Below, piece by piece: positions 49,226 to 56,743 of a stretch of DNA of 64,000 bases (the stretch's first letter is position 1; each line of letters opens with the position of its first letter). The position numbers and the translations under genes are program-made. The notes beneath the pieces are model-generated. The model saw only the letters and a program-made list of their open reading frames with translations, ran no database searches and had not been told where the DNA came from. The stretch is from the sequence record OV032902.1. One strand, written 5' to 3'.

Positions 49226-50776
49226 CTATTTGGTTGCAAGAAGGAAAGTTTCTATAGCGAACAGATCTTCTGGGTTTGCACCATAGACCGTCATAATGTT
49301 ACCGTGACGCGGTTCAGCTAATAGCGCACCCTTCTCTTCAAAGATATCGTTGTTTAGAACATGATGGATTATACGCACCTTAGGTGACTTACCAGTAACA
49401 TAAGCATCAAGTGCATTTAAGAATGCCTCATGTTGACGTACAGTAAAATCACGTTCCGCCACATATACTTTCTTGAATTGTACCTGAGATGCATTTAGAA
49501 TATGGAACATACCGGTACTCTGCATCAACTGCATACCTTTGGTGAAAGTAGGAAGATGATACAATAGATCATCAATGTGTACAGGTTTAACATCTAATGG
49601 GAAAAGACCTTCGCCACAGATTGCTAGATTCCCGCCTAAACGATATGCTTTGTCATAAGCATGGATGACAGGTATTTCGTTATCGCTTTCGTGTTTAAGG
49701 AAAACAAGAGATGCAGTATCTTCTTCTCTTTCAACTGGAAGAGAATAGTAAAGATTTGACATTTCATCAACGAGAGTATCGAACCCACCTTTCTTTCTAA
49801 GCATCTGACGAATAACCAGTAGATCGACCGGATGCATCTGTTGACGTTCAATCCAACCTTTCATCAAGAAAACAATTCGATCTGCATGTGCGTCTGACAA
49901 GAAGTCTGTTAGACCAACTTGAAAACGAACGCGCCATTCTTCATATGACATAGAGCCACTAAAGAACATGTGTTCCATGAACTTAGCATTTTGCTGTAGT
50001 TCTTTACAGTATACCTTAGAAGGGAATGTAACGCCTTTGGAGTAATTGATTGCTACATGGATACTACCTGCCGCATTCCAATCGAGCTGATTGATCTCGT
50101 TAAGTATACGGAACATCATTGGAACTTCATTAGGTTCACCACGGTAGCCTTTCACAATACGCAGACATGCGTCTTGTACATCATCACTGCCACGCAAATG
50201 CAAGCGACGTACAAGATTACGGTGGCTAAATGTAATGCTTTCTTTTTTAAGTGAATTTTCACGAAACGTCACCGTTACCTTTCTATTGATAAGAACATGC
50301 TCAACCATCTTACGAGGGTCCATCTGTAAATACCACTCACCAAGGATTCGTTTAACACTTCGTCCAAAGCCACGGTAGTACGAGATCAAAGCCGCAAAGG
50401 TTAAGATGTCTTTGCCGTTCATAGAGATAGCGACACCAGTATTCATTGCATAAGAGGTCAGCTTTTTATCTTCCGCTTTGGAAAGCTTAGCTAGTACATG
50501 CAGAGCATGATTAGTATATGCCCCTGCTTCAGAATAGATATGAGGGAGTTCGTTAATCATCTTGACGATATCCCAACCATCATTTTCTATTGCTTCATGA
50601 AAACCATTAAAGGCTCCATCATCGAAAACGCCATCCAGGTCAGCACGAAGAGGTAAGTTGCTGCCGGATACAATATAACGAAGGACGAGTTCTTTCGCGA
50701 TGATTCGATTTCTTTGCTCCAGCATTGACTTAAAAGTTGCCCAGCAAAAATCTTTTTGTTCTTTTGAAATTTCCAT
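49226..50776 (-). CDS. rsr: Divergent Ro60/Rsr (TROVE + vWA) RNA-binding protein
   Basis: 516 aa with colinear matches to recalled Ro60: LRYIVSGS, GFGRSVKRILGEWY, FSHRNLVRRLH, ALDAY..KVRII..LAEPRHGNIMTVYG. MIDAS DxSxS is not evident. Confidence 0.75.
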   Translation of the reverse strand: MEISKEQKDFCWATFKSMLEQRNRIIAKELVLRYIVSGSNLPLRADLDGVFDDGAFNGFHEAIENDGWDIVKMINELPHIYSEAGAYTNHALHVLAKLSKAEDKKLTSYAMNTGVAISMNGKDILTFAALISYYRGFGRSVKRILGEWYLQMDPRKMVEHVLINRKVTVTFRENSLKKESITFSHRNLVRRLHLRGSDDVQDACLRIVKGYRGEPNEVPMMFRILNEINQLDWNAAGSIHVAINYSKGVTFPSKVYCKELQQNAKFMEHMFFSGSMSYEEWRVRFQVGLTDFLSDAHADRIVFLMKGWIERQQMHPVDLLVIRQMLRKKGGFDTLVDEMSNLYYSLPVEREEDTASLVFLKHESDNEIPVIHAYDKAYRLGGNLAICGEGLFPLDVKPVHIDDLLYHLPTFTKGMQLMQSTGMFHILNASQVQFKKVYVAERDFTVRQHEAFLNALDAYVTGKSPKVRIIHHVLNNDIFEEKGALLAEPRHGNIMTVYGANPEDLFAIETFLLATK

Positions 50777-50806
50777 GGTTTGTCTCCTTAGGAAAAAATA
50801 ATAAGC

Positions 50807-50826
50807 AGGACGACCGAAGCCGTCCT
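50807..50826 (-). terminator. UUCG hairpin with U-rich tract just upstream of the Ro60 RBS
   Basis: Minus strand AGGACGGC-TTCG-GTCGTCCT, then GCTTATTATTTTTT. Confidence 0.6.
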
Positions 50827-50840
50827 ATCTTACTATCCCC

Positions 50841-50949
50841 TGAGCTAGTGCGCGGATAATACCTACGCAGTACCCCAGAGTAAACGAGCGAGGTTTGAGA
50901 ATGAGGCCAATTCGCCACGCCGGTATATGGCCACACTCTCTTCAGCTCA
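50841..50949 (-). ncRNA. Candidate Y RNA-like (tRNA-like) RNA upstream of Ro60
   Basis: 7 bp terminal stem UGAGCUG/UAGCUCA; internal stem GAGAGUG..GGCC/GGCC..CAUUCUC; 3' hairpin UGCGU-A-GG/CC-GCGCA. G-U pairs favour the minus strand. Confidence 0.5.
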
Positions 50950-51066
50950 ATTGTTCGGGTGTCTTAGTGGTTGTACATCCAGTAAGACTTGTACTTATGA
51001 AATTTTTAATTTAGAGGTCTATCTAAATAATTGGCCATGCACATTATTTTGAATGCAATTAGATTT

Positions 51067-51075
51067 CTATATTAC
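51067..51075 (+). promoter_or_regulatory. Early promoter motif CTATATTAC
   Basis: See the copy at 11532. Confidence 0.7.
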
Positions 51076-51111
51076 CATATTGCCTATTCACCTATAACAA
51101 AGGAGGTCGTC

Positions 51112-51732
51112 ATGAAAGTTCCATTTGAATTACCGTTCGCTTGCACAAAGGGTGCACATATTTCACCCAGTGGAACTATTCAATACTTCGAACCTTACCG
51201 GGCTATACAGTTGGCTTACATGATCTATCGTCATCTGGCCGAGAATGTCAATGAACCAGAAGTTTATATTACAACGGTTCTATGCAATATGACTCCTCGC
51301 TACATTGTGTCGATTTGTAAACCGTCAAACCTCGGTGACTATGATTGCTTTATCATGGAAAAGGTTAAGTTATCAGAAAAATCTAACAAGCTAACTCAGG
51401 TCGTCCTTTTATGGGAAGAATCAAAAGAAGCTTGTGAGATGCCAGCAATTGCAGATCGATATTTTATCGCGTCTGATATCACGCTAGCTAATCTGATAGA
51501 TACTGTACGTGAACCAGAGTCTAAGATTTATCCTTGGCTAGATAAACGCATGTCGATTATCTTTGCTGGCTACTCGCTAGAAAACGTTTCTGCGACCGGT
51601 TATGCATCCGTAGCTAAGCCGTTCTTCGAAGACAAAATGGTTGTGGCAGTACCACTGACGCATGATGCGTCTTACTTCAAACACAAATGGGAGATCAGCA
51701 ATGTTCGGAATGCCGACAGCGAAGATGTATAA
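51112..51732 (+). CDS. Hypothetical early protein
   Basis: AAGGAGG RBS before MKVPFEL. Confidence 0.6.
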   Translation: MKVPFELPFACTKGAHISPSGTIQYFEPYRAIQLAYMIYRHLAENVNEPEVYITTVLCNMTPRYIVSICKPSNLGDYDCFIMEKVKLSEKSNKLTQVVLLWEESKEACEMPAIADRYFIASDITLANLIDTVREPESKIYPWLDKRMSIIFAGYSLENVSATGYASVAKPFFEDKMVVAVPLTHDASYFKHKWEISNVRNADSEDV

Positions 51733-51883
51733 AATCATCGTCGATGAACGCAAATGTCCTAACTGCGAAAGTAAATTAGACTACGGTCTAGACGCAGGTG
51801 ATAATCGAGAGGTTATGGCTTGCGGTACTTGTGCGACTTGTTGGACAGTTGATCATGGGAGCAAGACTGTTACACGGGGGTAA
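51701..51883 (+). CDS. Small zinc-ribbon protein
   Basis: CPNC...CGTCATC; GGAG RBS. Confidence 0.55.
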   Translation: MFGMPTAKMYKIIVDERKCPNCESKLDYGLDAGDNREVMACGTCATCWTVDHGSKTVTRG

Positions 51884-51884
51884 C

Positions 51885-52256
51885 ATGATCTGCGATAAAC
51901 TGGGAATCACCATCAAAATGGTTGGTGGCATTTGTCCGATTGAATTATTCATTATCTTTTCTCCAGTCGTTATCGGAGTTACAGCGGGATTCTTTATCTC
52001 TCGCTATATGGAAGGCGACGTACTGAAGAAAGCAGAATTGAATGTCAAGATGGCTACAACAATGACAAAAGACGTGAAGCGTGTCTTCATGGAAACACTT
52101 GTCGAAACCGGGGATAAAGAAAAAGCTAACGAGGCCTCTCATGTCGTATGGCTTAGTTACGCTAATCAGCATCCCGAAAACAAACTCATACAGGATTACG
52201 TATATCAAGTCGATACATGTAAACTGTATATTCGCTATAAGGAAAGATGTAAATGA
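51885..52256 (+). CDS. Small membrane protein
   Basis: TM segment LFIIFSPVVIGVTAGFFI; GGGGG RBS. Confidence 0.55.
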   Translation: MICDKLGITIKMVGGICPIELFIIFSPVVIGVTAGFFISRYMEGDVLKKAELNVKMATTMTKDVKRVFMETLVETGDKEKANEASHVVWLSYANQHPENKLIQDYVYQVDTCKLYIRYKERCK

Positions 52257-52579
52257 TTGACTTACTTGTATTGCTTGTTATTGTCTCGTTCTTTTTATAC
52301 GACGGCATTGAAGCAAAAGTTTGTCAACGTCTTCTTAAGAAAGCTCGGTCCGATTGGGCCGAGCTCTTAATTGATGTTGATCAATTAGCAGAAACAGCAG
52401 CCATGACTTGGGAGTATGAAAAAGGTAAAATGCTTTCCATGAAGCTGGCAGCTCAGCGTCTAGATAAACACGCATTTGTAATGAAGCGCTTGCACGTAGG
52501 TACTCCAACGGAAATAGAGAACCGCTTCGCTTCTACTTATAAACTATCGTTAGGAAAACACAGAGAATGTTCGAACTAA
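52253..52579 (+). CDS. Small membrane-anchored protein
   Basis: N-terminal TM; AAGGA RBS. Confidence 0.55.
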   Translation: MIDLLVLLVIVSFFLYDGIEAKVCQRLLKKARSDWAELLIDVDQLAETAAMTWEYEKGKMLSMKLAAQRLDKHAFVMKRLHVGTPTEIENRFASTYKLSLGKHRECSN

Positions 52580-53034
52580 CTCTTATTTGCATTGTCATAG
52601 TTATTCTATGCCTTCCCCGCATTTACAACAAGTGGCGCCCACTTATTAAACCCTGCGACTTCGCAGCTGTTTACTATGCCACTAAACAAATCTACCATAC
52701 TGCTCATGCGATCAGTAAAGGTAGTCCACACCCACAGTCATACGATCGAGTAATGAACCAAGCATTCACGTCTGTGCTTCGTTTTAAGAGCGAAGAACGT
52801 ACAGAGGTATATGAGGCTTACTCACGTATAACAAAAGCATTCTGGAGATATCAAGATGTCTATTCTACAAAGTTTAAGTACCGCAACCCATCTCAGCGTT
52901 TTCGAGATCATCATGTTAGCGAGTGTCGTTGGTGCCGTATTGTTCTACGTCGCACTATCGGAGTGGCACGATCGTTACCAGGAACGTTCAAGAAAGCGCT
53001 TCTTCGATTGGCTGGATTCAAAGGTAAACGATAA
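52567..53034 (+). CDS. Small membrane-anchored protein
   Basis: N-terminal TM; AGGA RBS. 3' part overlaps the next gene. Confidence 0.5.
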   Translation: MFELTLICIVIVILCLPRIYNKWRPLIKPCDFAAVYYATKQIYHTAHAISKGSPHPQSYDRVMNQAFTSVLRFKSEERTEVYEAYSRITKAFWRYQDVYSTKFKYRNPSQRFRDHHVSECRWCRIVLRRTIGVARSLPGTFKKALLRLAGFKGKR

Positions 53035-53215
53035 CGTGATCGCTCTGTATCGCAATACAGACAACTTTAAGAAGTATCACGACTATGTCATTACCGAAGC
53101 CGGAAAAGCCGGTCTCTTCGACAACCAGATGTATTGTCGATGGATAGCTAATGACGGCATCAATCTCTTATGGAAGGATCTTCCATTCACTGCAAAACTT
53201 GTGTCTGAAAAGTAG
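52856..53215 (+). CDS. Small membrane protein
   Basis: TM segment IIMLASVVGAVLFYVAL; GGAG RBS; ends at a terminator. Confidence 0.55.
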   Translation: MSILQSLSTATHLSVFEIIMLASVVGAVLFYVALSEWHDRYQERSRKRFFDWLDSKVNDNVIALYRNTDNFKKYHDYVITEAGKAGLFDNQMYCRWIANDGINLLWKDLPFTAKLVSEK

Positions 53216-53261
53216 GGGCTTCGGCTCCTACTTATTTTTCACCCTAACCGAGGAAACTATA

Positions 53262-54056
53262 ATGGGTAAACGTCAACTATATGTAATCATTGACATGTTG
53301 CACAACCGCTTTAAAACGCACATGATTCCATATCATGCATGGGCGCTCATCCTTCCATTAGGTAGACAGCCTGCTGAATTCCTGGCAGCTGATTATATCC
53401 ACAATCGCTCCGACGATGCTAAGTCGTTTTTGGTTAGCATGACGTCTCTCTTTAACTCTGGTCCAGCAGAACCAAAAAAGATCGAGTTTAAAATCGAGCG
53501 CGATGGTAGCAACATCAACCTGTTTGCATCAATAGAAAACAAACGACTAGGCGCACTTACATTTAATCTTGAGCGTTCAATCATAGAGTTTGAATGTAAT
53601 GACCGTCATGTGGAGTTCATCATTGACGAGGACGAGTTGGTGGTCAGCGGCAATGTATCTGAGTTCGTAGAAGATAACCATCATAACTCTACGTTGAATC
53701 CGATTGGTAACTGGAAGAAGGACGGCTATCGACGTGGCGTTGGTGTAAACTCTTCCTGGAAGATCAAAACCACAGAGTGTTATTCTGATGTCGGTTCTTA
53801 CGCACAGGCTATTATTGCACACAGTGCTAATAATGAGCGTTTCGCTATCGTAGAACGTAATAGTCAGACTCATGCTCTGAAAGAGATCACTATCAACTAC
53901 GATGGTGGTTCATGGATGCTCTATGCACTAAACGAACAACACATGCAGGTTACGATCACTTCTTCAGAAGACACAGAGAATACTTCTTGTGTTCCTCTAG
54001 TGTTCGATATAAATCGTCAATACGTAGGCTATGGATATCCTGTACCTGAGCTCTAA
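53262..54056 (+). CDS. Hypothetical beta-rich protein
   Basis: GAGG RBS before MGKRQLY. Confidence 0.6.
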   Translation: MGKRQLYVIIDMLHNRFKTHMIPYHAWALILPLGRQPAEFLAADYIHNRSDDAKSFLVSMTSLFNSGPAEPKKIEFKIERDGSNINLFASIENKRLGALTFNLERSIIEFECNDRHVEFIIDEDELVVSGNVSEFVEDNHHNSTLNPIGNWKKDGYRRGVGVNSSWKIKTTECYSDVGSYAQAIIAHSANNERFAIVERNSQTHALKEITINYDGGSWMLYALNEQHMQVTITSSEDTENTSCVPLVFDINRQYVGYGYPVPEL

Positions 54057-54158
54057 TTAATCTTTTTTAACAGAGCAGATAACTAGATTAGGACAATTAA
54101 ACTCACCTAGAGGGGGGAGGTTAATTATGACCGTTAAACCAGTCAGAAAGGACAAAAG

Positions 54159-54665
54159 ATGTTTACACAATCTAAACAAGTAAAGTACTCACATGAAGAT
54201 GGGAAGATGCTATTCGGAAAGAGAATAGATCTAGCAGCTACTAGTCGATACCGTATCGAGGAAGATGCAAGACTAGCTCCACTCATCCAGCTAGTAGATG
54301 TTAACGTTAACTACGAGATCGGTGATCAAGAGTTTACCTTTAAGACAAACGCTACTGCTAGACGCAATGCAACGTTCCATACAGCTATGGGATCTTCAGG
54401 TAAGTTTCTAGAGATCGAATTCAAAGAACTCATCGACGACGAAGTCGCTCGTATGTTGTTTGATGAAGGCTTTAATCCTACCGAGATCTCTAAGCTACAT
54501 CTCTGCTTTACTATTAAGGCAGAAGTAGATGAGAACGGTATAGCTTTTGCTGAAGTTACTAAGCTACGTTTCATGGGTACAACTGATACAGTTAAGAAAG
54601 CTACTAATGCTCGTATTAAGTTACAAGACACTAGTTGGTATCATCTAAGTGCTACATTCATCTAA
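54159..54665 (+). CDS. Hypothetical protein
   Basis: 168 aa with AAGGA RBS, followed by a terminator. Confidence 0.55.
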   Translation: MFTQSKQVKYSHEDGKMLFGKRIDLAATSRYRIEEDARLAPLIQLVDVNVNYEIGDQEFTFKTNATARRNATFHTAMGSSGKFLEIEFKELIDDEVARMLFDEGFNPTEISKLHLCFTIKAEVDENGIAFAEVTKLRFMGTTDTVKKATNARIKLQDTSWYHLSATFI

Positions 54666-54889
54666 CTAACAGGGTAGTCTCTTCGGAGGCTATCCTTACC
54701 TCTTTCTTCTTAATCTTTTTTTTTTCATTTGGTTAAAAACATGACAGTCTAATTCTTTGGTTTGGGGGAACCTTCTAGGAGGGGGCAATTAGCGTTAATC
54801 TAAGCAAAGGTTAAGGGCCTACTAGAATAGTAGACTTAAGCTAGCTATAGATAGAAGCTAACTACCTACTAGAGAATACCTACTTGCCT

Positions 54890-55013
54890 AATTATGTAGG
54901 AGTAACTGGCTAACAAGTAAGACGACGACTTGATTAGCATGAAGAGCTTTTACTCCTTGTCTCCTTTGGGTAGCTCCTGGCCGAAAGGCTGGGAGTACTA
55001 TCTTTTATTTTTT
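54890..55013 (+). ncRNA. Array cassette 0: candidate sRNA (~115 nt)
   Basis: TAC-N10-AATTATGTAG; AGGAGTAA/TTACTCCT stem; unpaired TCTCCTTT; GAAA-loop terminator plus T tract. Confidence 0.6.
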
Positions 55014-55025
55014 ACGTCGTGGCGG

Positions 55026-55350
55026 AATATTATGAATCTCATGGAGTGACTCATCGAAAGAACTGTATAGCTCATACTCTACAGTCAGAGAAATTCCATT
55101 TTCGTATCATTTAACTAATAAGGGCATTGCTCTTTTTCGTTACTTGTATAGACTAACTGTAATTATCAGTCATTGGCTCTAGGGGACGGGAACATCCCTT
55201 AGACAAACCTTGCAGAAGATGAGTTTAATTTCGTAATAGTCCGAGCAGGACCATTGCAATTTAGCATCATTTAGATTAACCTCCATTCTTTTGCACAATA
55301 TATTGGGAAAGCCTCCTGCCTACGGGCAGGAGGTTATTCTCGATCTTTTT
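55026..55350 (+). ncRNA. Array cassette 1: candidate sRNA (~315 nt)
   Basis: TAC-N10-AATATTATG; stems ACTGTA/TACAGT and TCTAGGGGA/TCCCTTAGA; AACCTCCATT; TACG terminator. Confidence 0.6.
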
Positions 55351-55364
55351 ATACATGCAAGTAT

Positions 55365-55582
55365 AATAGTATGACAATCCTCCATCGTTTTGATTTTGTT
55401 AACTCAAAATTGGCATAGTTTGTCACTCTGAAAGTTGTTTATAGTTGTAATAGTAATCCAGCAAACTCACAAACATTTATTGTTCTGTAGTGTTGCTTCC
55501 TGTACCGCTGGATTATAGAGTAAGATGTAACGCTTCTCTATCTGCCTCCTGCCTTCGGGCAGGAGGTATTGTTCTTTTTTAT
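55365..55582 (+). ncRNA. Array cassette 2: candidate sRNA (~210 nt)
   Basis: TAC-N10-AATAGTATG; TGACAA/TTGTCA stem enclosing TCCTCC; TAATCCAGC/GCTGGATTA stem; TTCG terminator. Confidence 0.6.
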
Positions 55583-55592
55583 TGGGTCGTGT

Positions 55593-55785
55593 AATATTGT
55601 AGTAAACATTAGTCGTTTACTTTTACCTGAATTAAAGAATAATTAGTAGTCCCATAAAAGAAACAGATCTAGCCATTTGTCTTTCACCTGAACACACCAT
55701 GGGACTTTACACTCGCTAGTCAAGGCGATTGTGTCGAGCAACTGATATCTCTCTGGCCTTCGGGTCAGGGAGCTTATCAATTTTT
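55593..55785 (+). ncRNA. Array cassette 3: candidate sRNA (~185 nt)
   Basis: TAT-N10-AATATTGTAG; GTAAAC/GTTTAC and AGTCCCAT/ATGGGACT stems; TTCG terminator. Confidence 0.6.
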
Positions 55786-55798
55786 AACGCCTGCACCT

Positions 55799-56024
55799 AA
55801 TATTATAGTAAAGTCCTCCTGCATGATCAATTTATGTTGCTTTACGTTTGAACCTTCATGCTACCATAGCGGTTGTTTTGTTGTTTCTATTTTCATTATA
55901 AGTTCCTTAAGTTATTTGAGTACAACTCCTTCTGGTTGTTTGACTCGCGTTAGTACAGACGCGGTCAGAGTTAATGGGTGCTAACCTCCTGGCCTTCGGG
56001 TCAGGAGGATTAGTTTTATTTTTA
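55799..56024 (+). ncRNA. Array cassette 4: candidate sRNA (~220 nt)
   Basis: AAC-N10-AATATTATAG; GTAAAG/CTTTAC stem enclosing TCCTCCT; ACAAC/GTTGT stem with TCCTTCTG loop; TTCG terminator. Confidence 0.6.
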
Positions 56025-56035
56025 CTCATGTATCT

Positions 56036-56207
56036 AATATTATGAACTGCAATGGATCTCTTTCGATATCTTTCTGTTTTTCATTTATTAATTCTTGTTA
56101 TAAGTAAGTTGACTCCTGTGCGACTTATGGCTGAGGAAGTACAACCTCGTGCCTCGGGTTTAAGGTTACACCTCCTGCCTTCGGGCAGGAGGTGTAATTA
56201 TTTTTTA
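56036..56207 (+). ncRNA. Array cassette 5: candidate sRNA (~165 nt)
   Basis: TAC-N10-AATATTATG; TAAGTTG/CGACTTA stem with ACTCCTGTG loop; TTCG terminator. Confidence 0.6.
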
Positions 56208-56218
56208 CATCGTTGTGC

Positions 56219-56335
56219 AATAATGTAGTAAGGACCACAGCCATGATTCTTGCAAGTCTACGAGTACGACGTAGGCGATTCTCTTTGTCTTGGAAAGTCT
56301 CGGCCTTCGGGTCGGGACTAATCCTTTTATTTTTA
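56219..56335 (+). ncRNA. Array cassette 6: candidate sRNA (~110 nt)
   Basis: TAC-N10-AATAATGTAG; GTCTACG/CGTAGGC stem; TTCG terminator plus T tract. Confidence 0.55.
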
Positions 56336-56422
56336 CACCAAAATTAACGAAATAGTATGGAGTATATTTTATCACAGCGATAAGGTACTTCACATGTCTT
56401 TATCTAAAATAGGGTATAACTT

Positions 56423-56701
56423 ATGGGTTATGTACTACTAGCTGTCGTGTGTTTCGTTTATCTATGTTACCGCATAGAAAGACGAAGTATGAGAATCGAG
56501 CTAAACCAAGAAAAGACTGTGTTGTTCAGTAAGCTTAATACTATTCAAGAGGCACGTTCGTGGTCTCCTGAAAAGGCAACGCAGAAAATTCAAGGGATAT
56601 TAGCACAAGAGAATCGTACTGGCTTGACATCACGATTGACGACCTGCGTCACCGATGAAGAGATTCATCGTGTGTGTCATGGTAATAGTTGTAAAGTGTA
56701 A
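56423..56701 (+). CDS. Small membrane-anchored protein
   Basis: N-terminal TM, 92 aa. Confidence 0.5.
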   Translation: MGYVLLAVVCFVYLCYRIERRSMRIELNQEKTVLFSKLNTIQEARSWSPEKATQKIQGILAQENRTGLTSRLTTCVTDEEIHRVCHGNSCKV

Positions 56702-56743
56702 GGCTAAAAAGAAATTATAACCATTATAAAATATTAACGAGGT

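Noticed and set aside
50841-50949. Calling this element a tRNA gene
   Set aside because: No canonical TTCGA T loop, D arm, anticodon arm or CCA.
55660-55780. Similarity of cassette 3 to Vibrio Qrr sRNAs (CTAGCC, CAACTGA)
   Set aside because: Only scattered 6-7 nt matches; the continuous Qrr core is absent.
54875-56335. Reading the array as a CRISPR array
   Set aside because: Repeats are terminator hairpins that are only partly identical, the intervening units are 110-315 nt and structured, and no cas gene is in the window.
55021-56393. Short ORFs in the array (e.g. minus-strand MMLNCNGPART..., MKIETTKQPLW, MARSVSFMGLLIIL; track ORF 56205-56393; plus-strand MDLFRYL...)
   Set aside because: They are tiny or cross terminators. 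Promoter motifs, tetraloops and T tracts point to + strand RNAs, and the plus-strand ORFs lack an RBS. They are not formally excluded without Ribo-seq.
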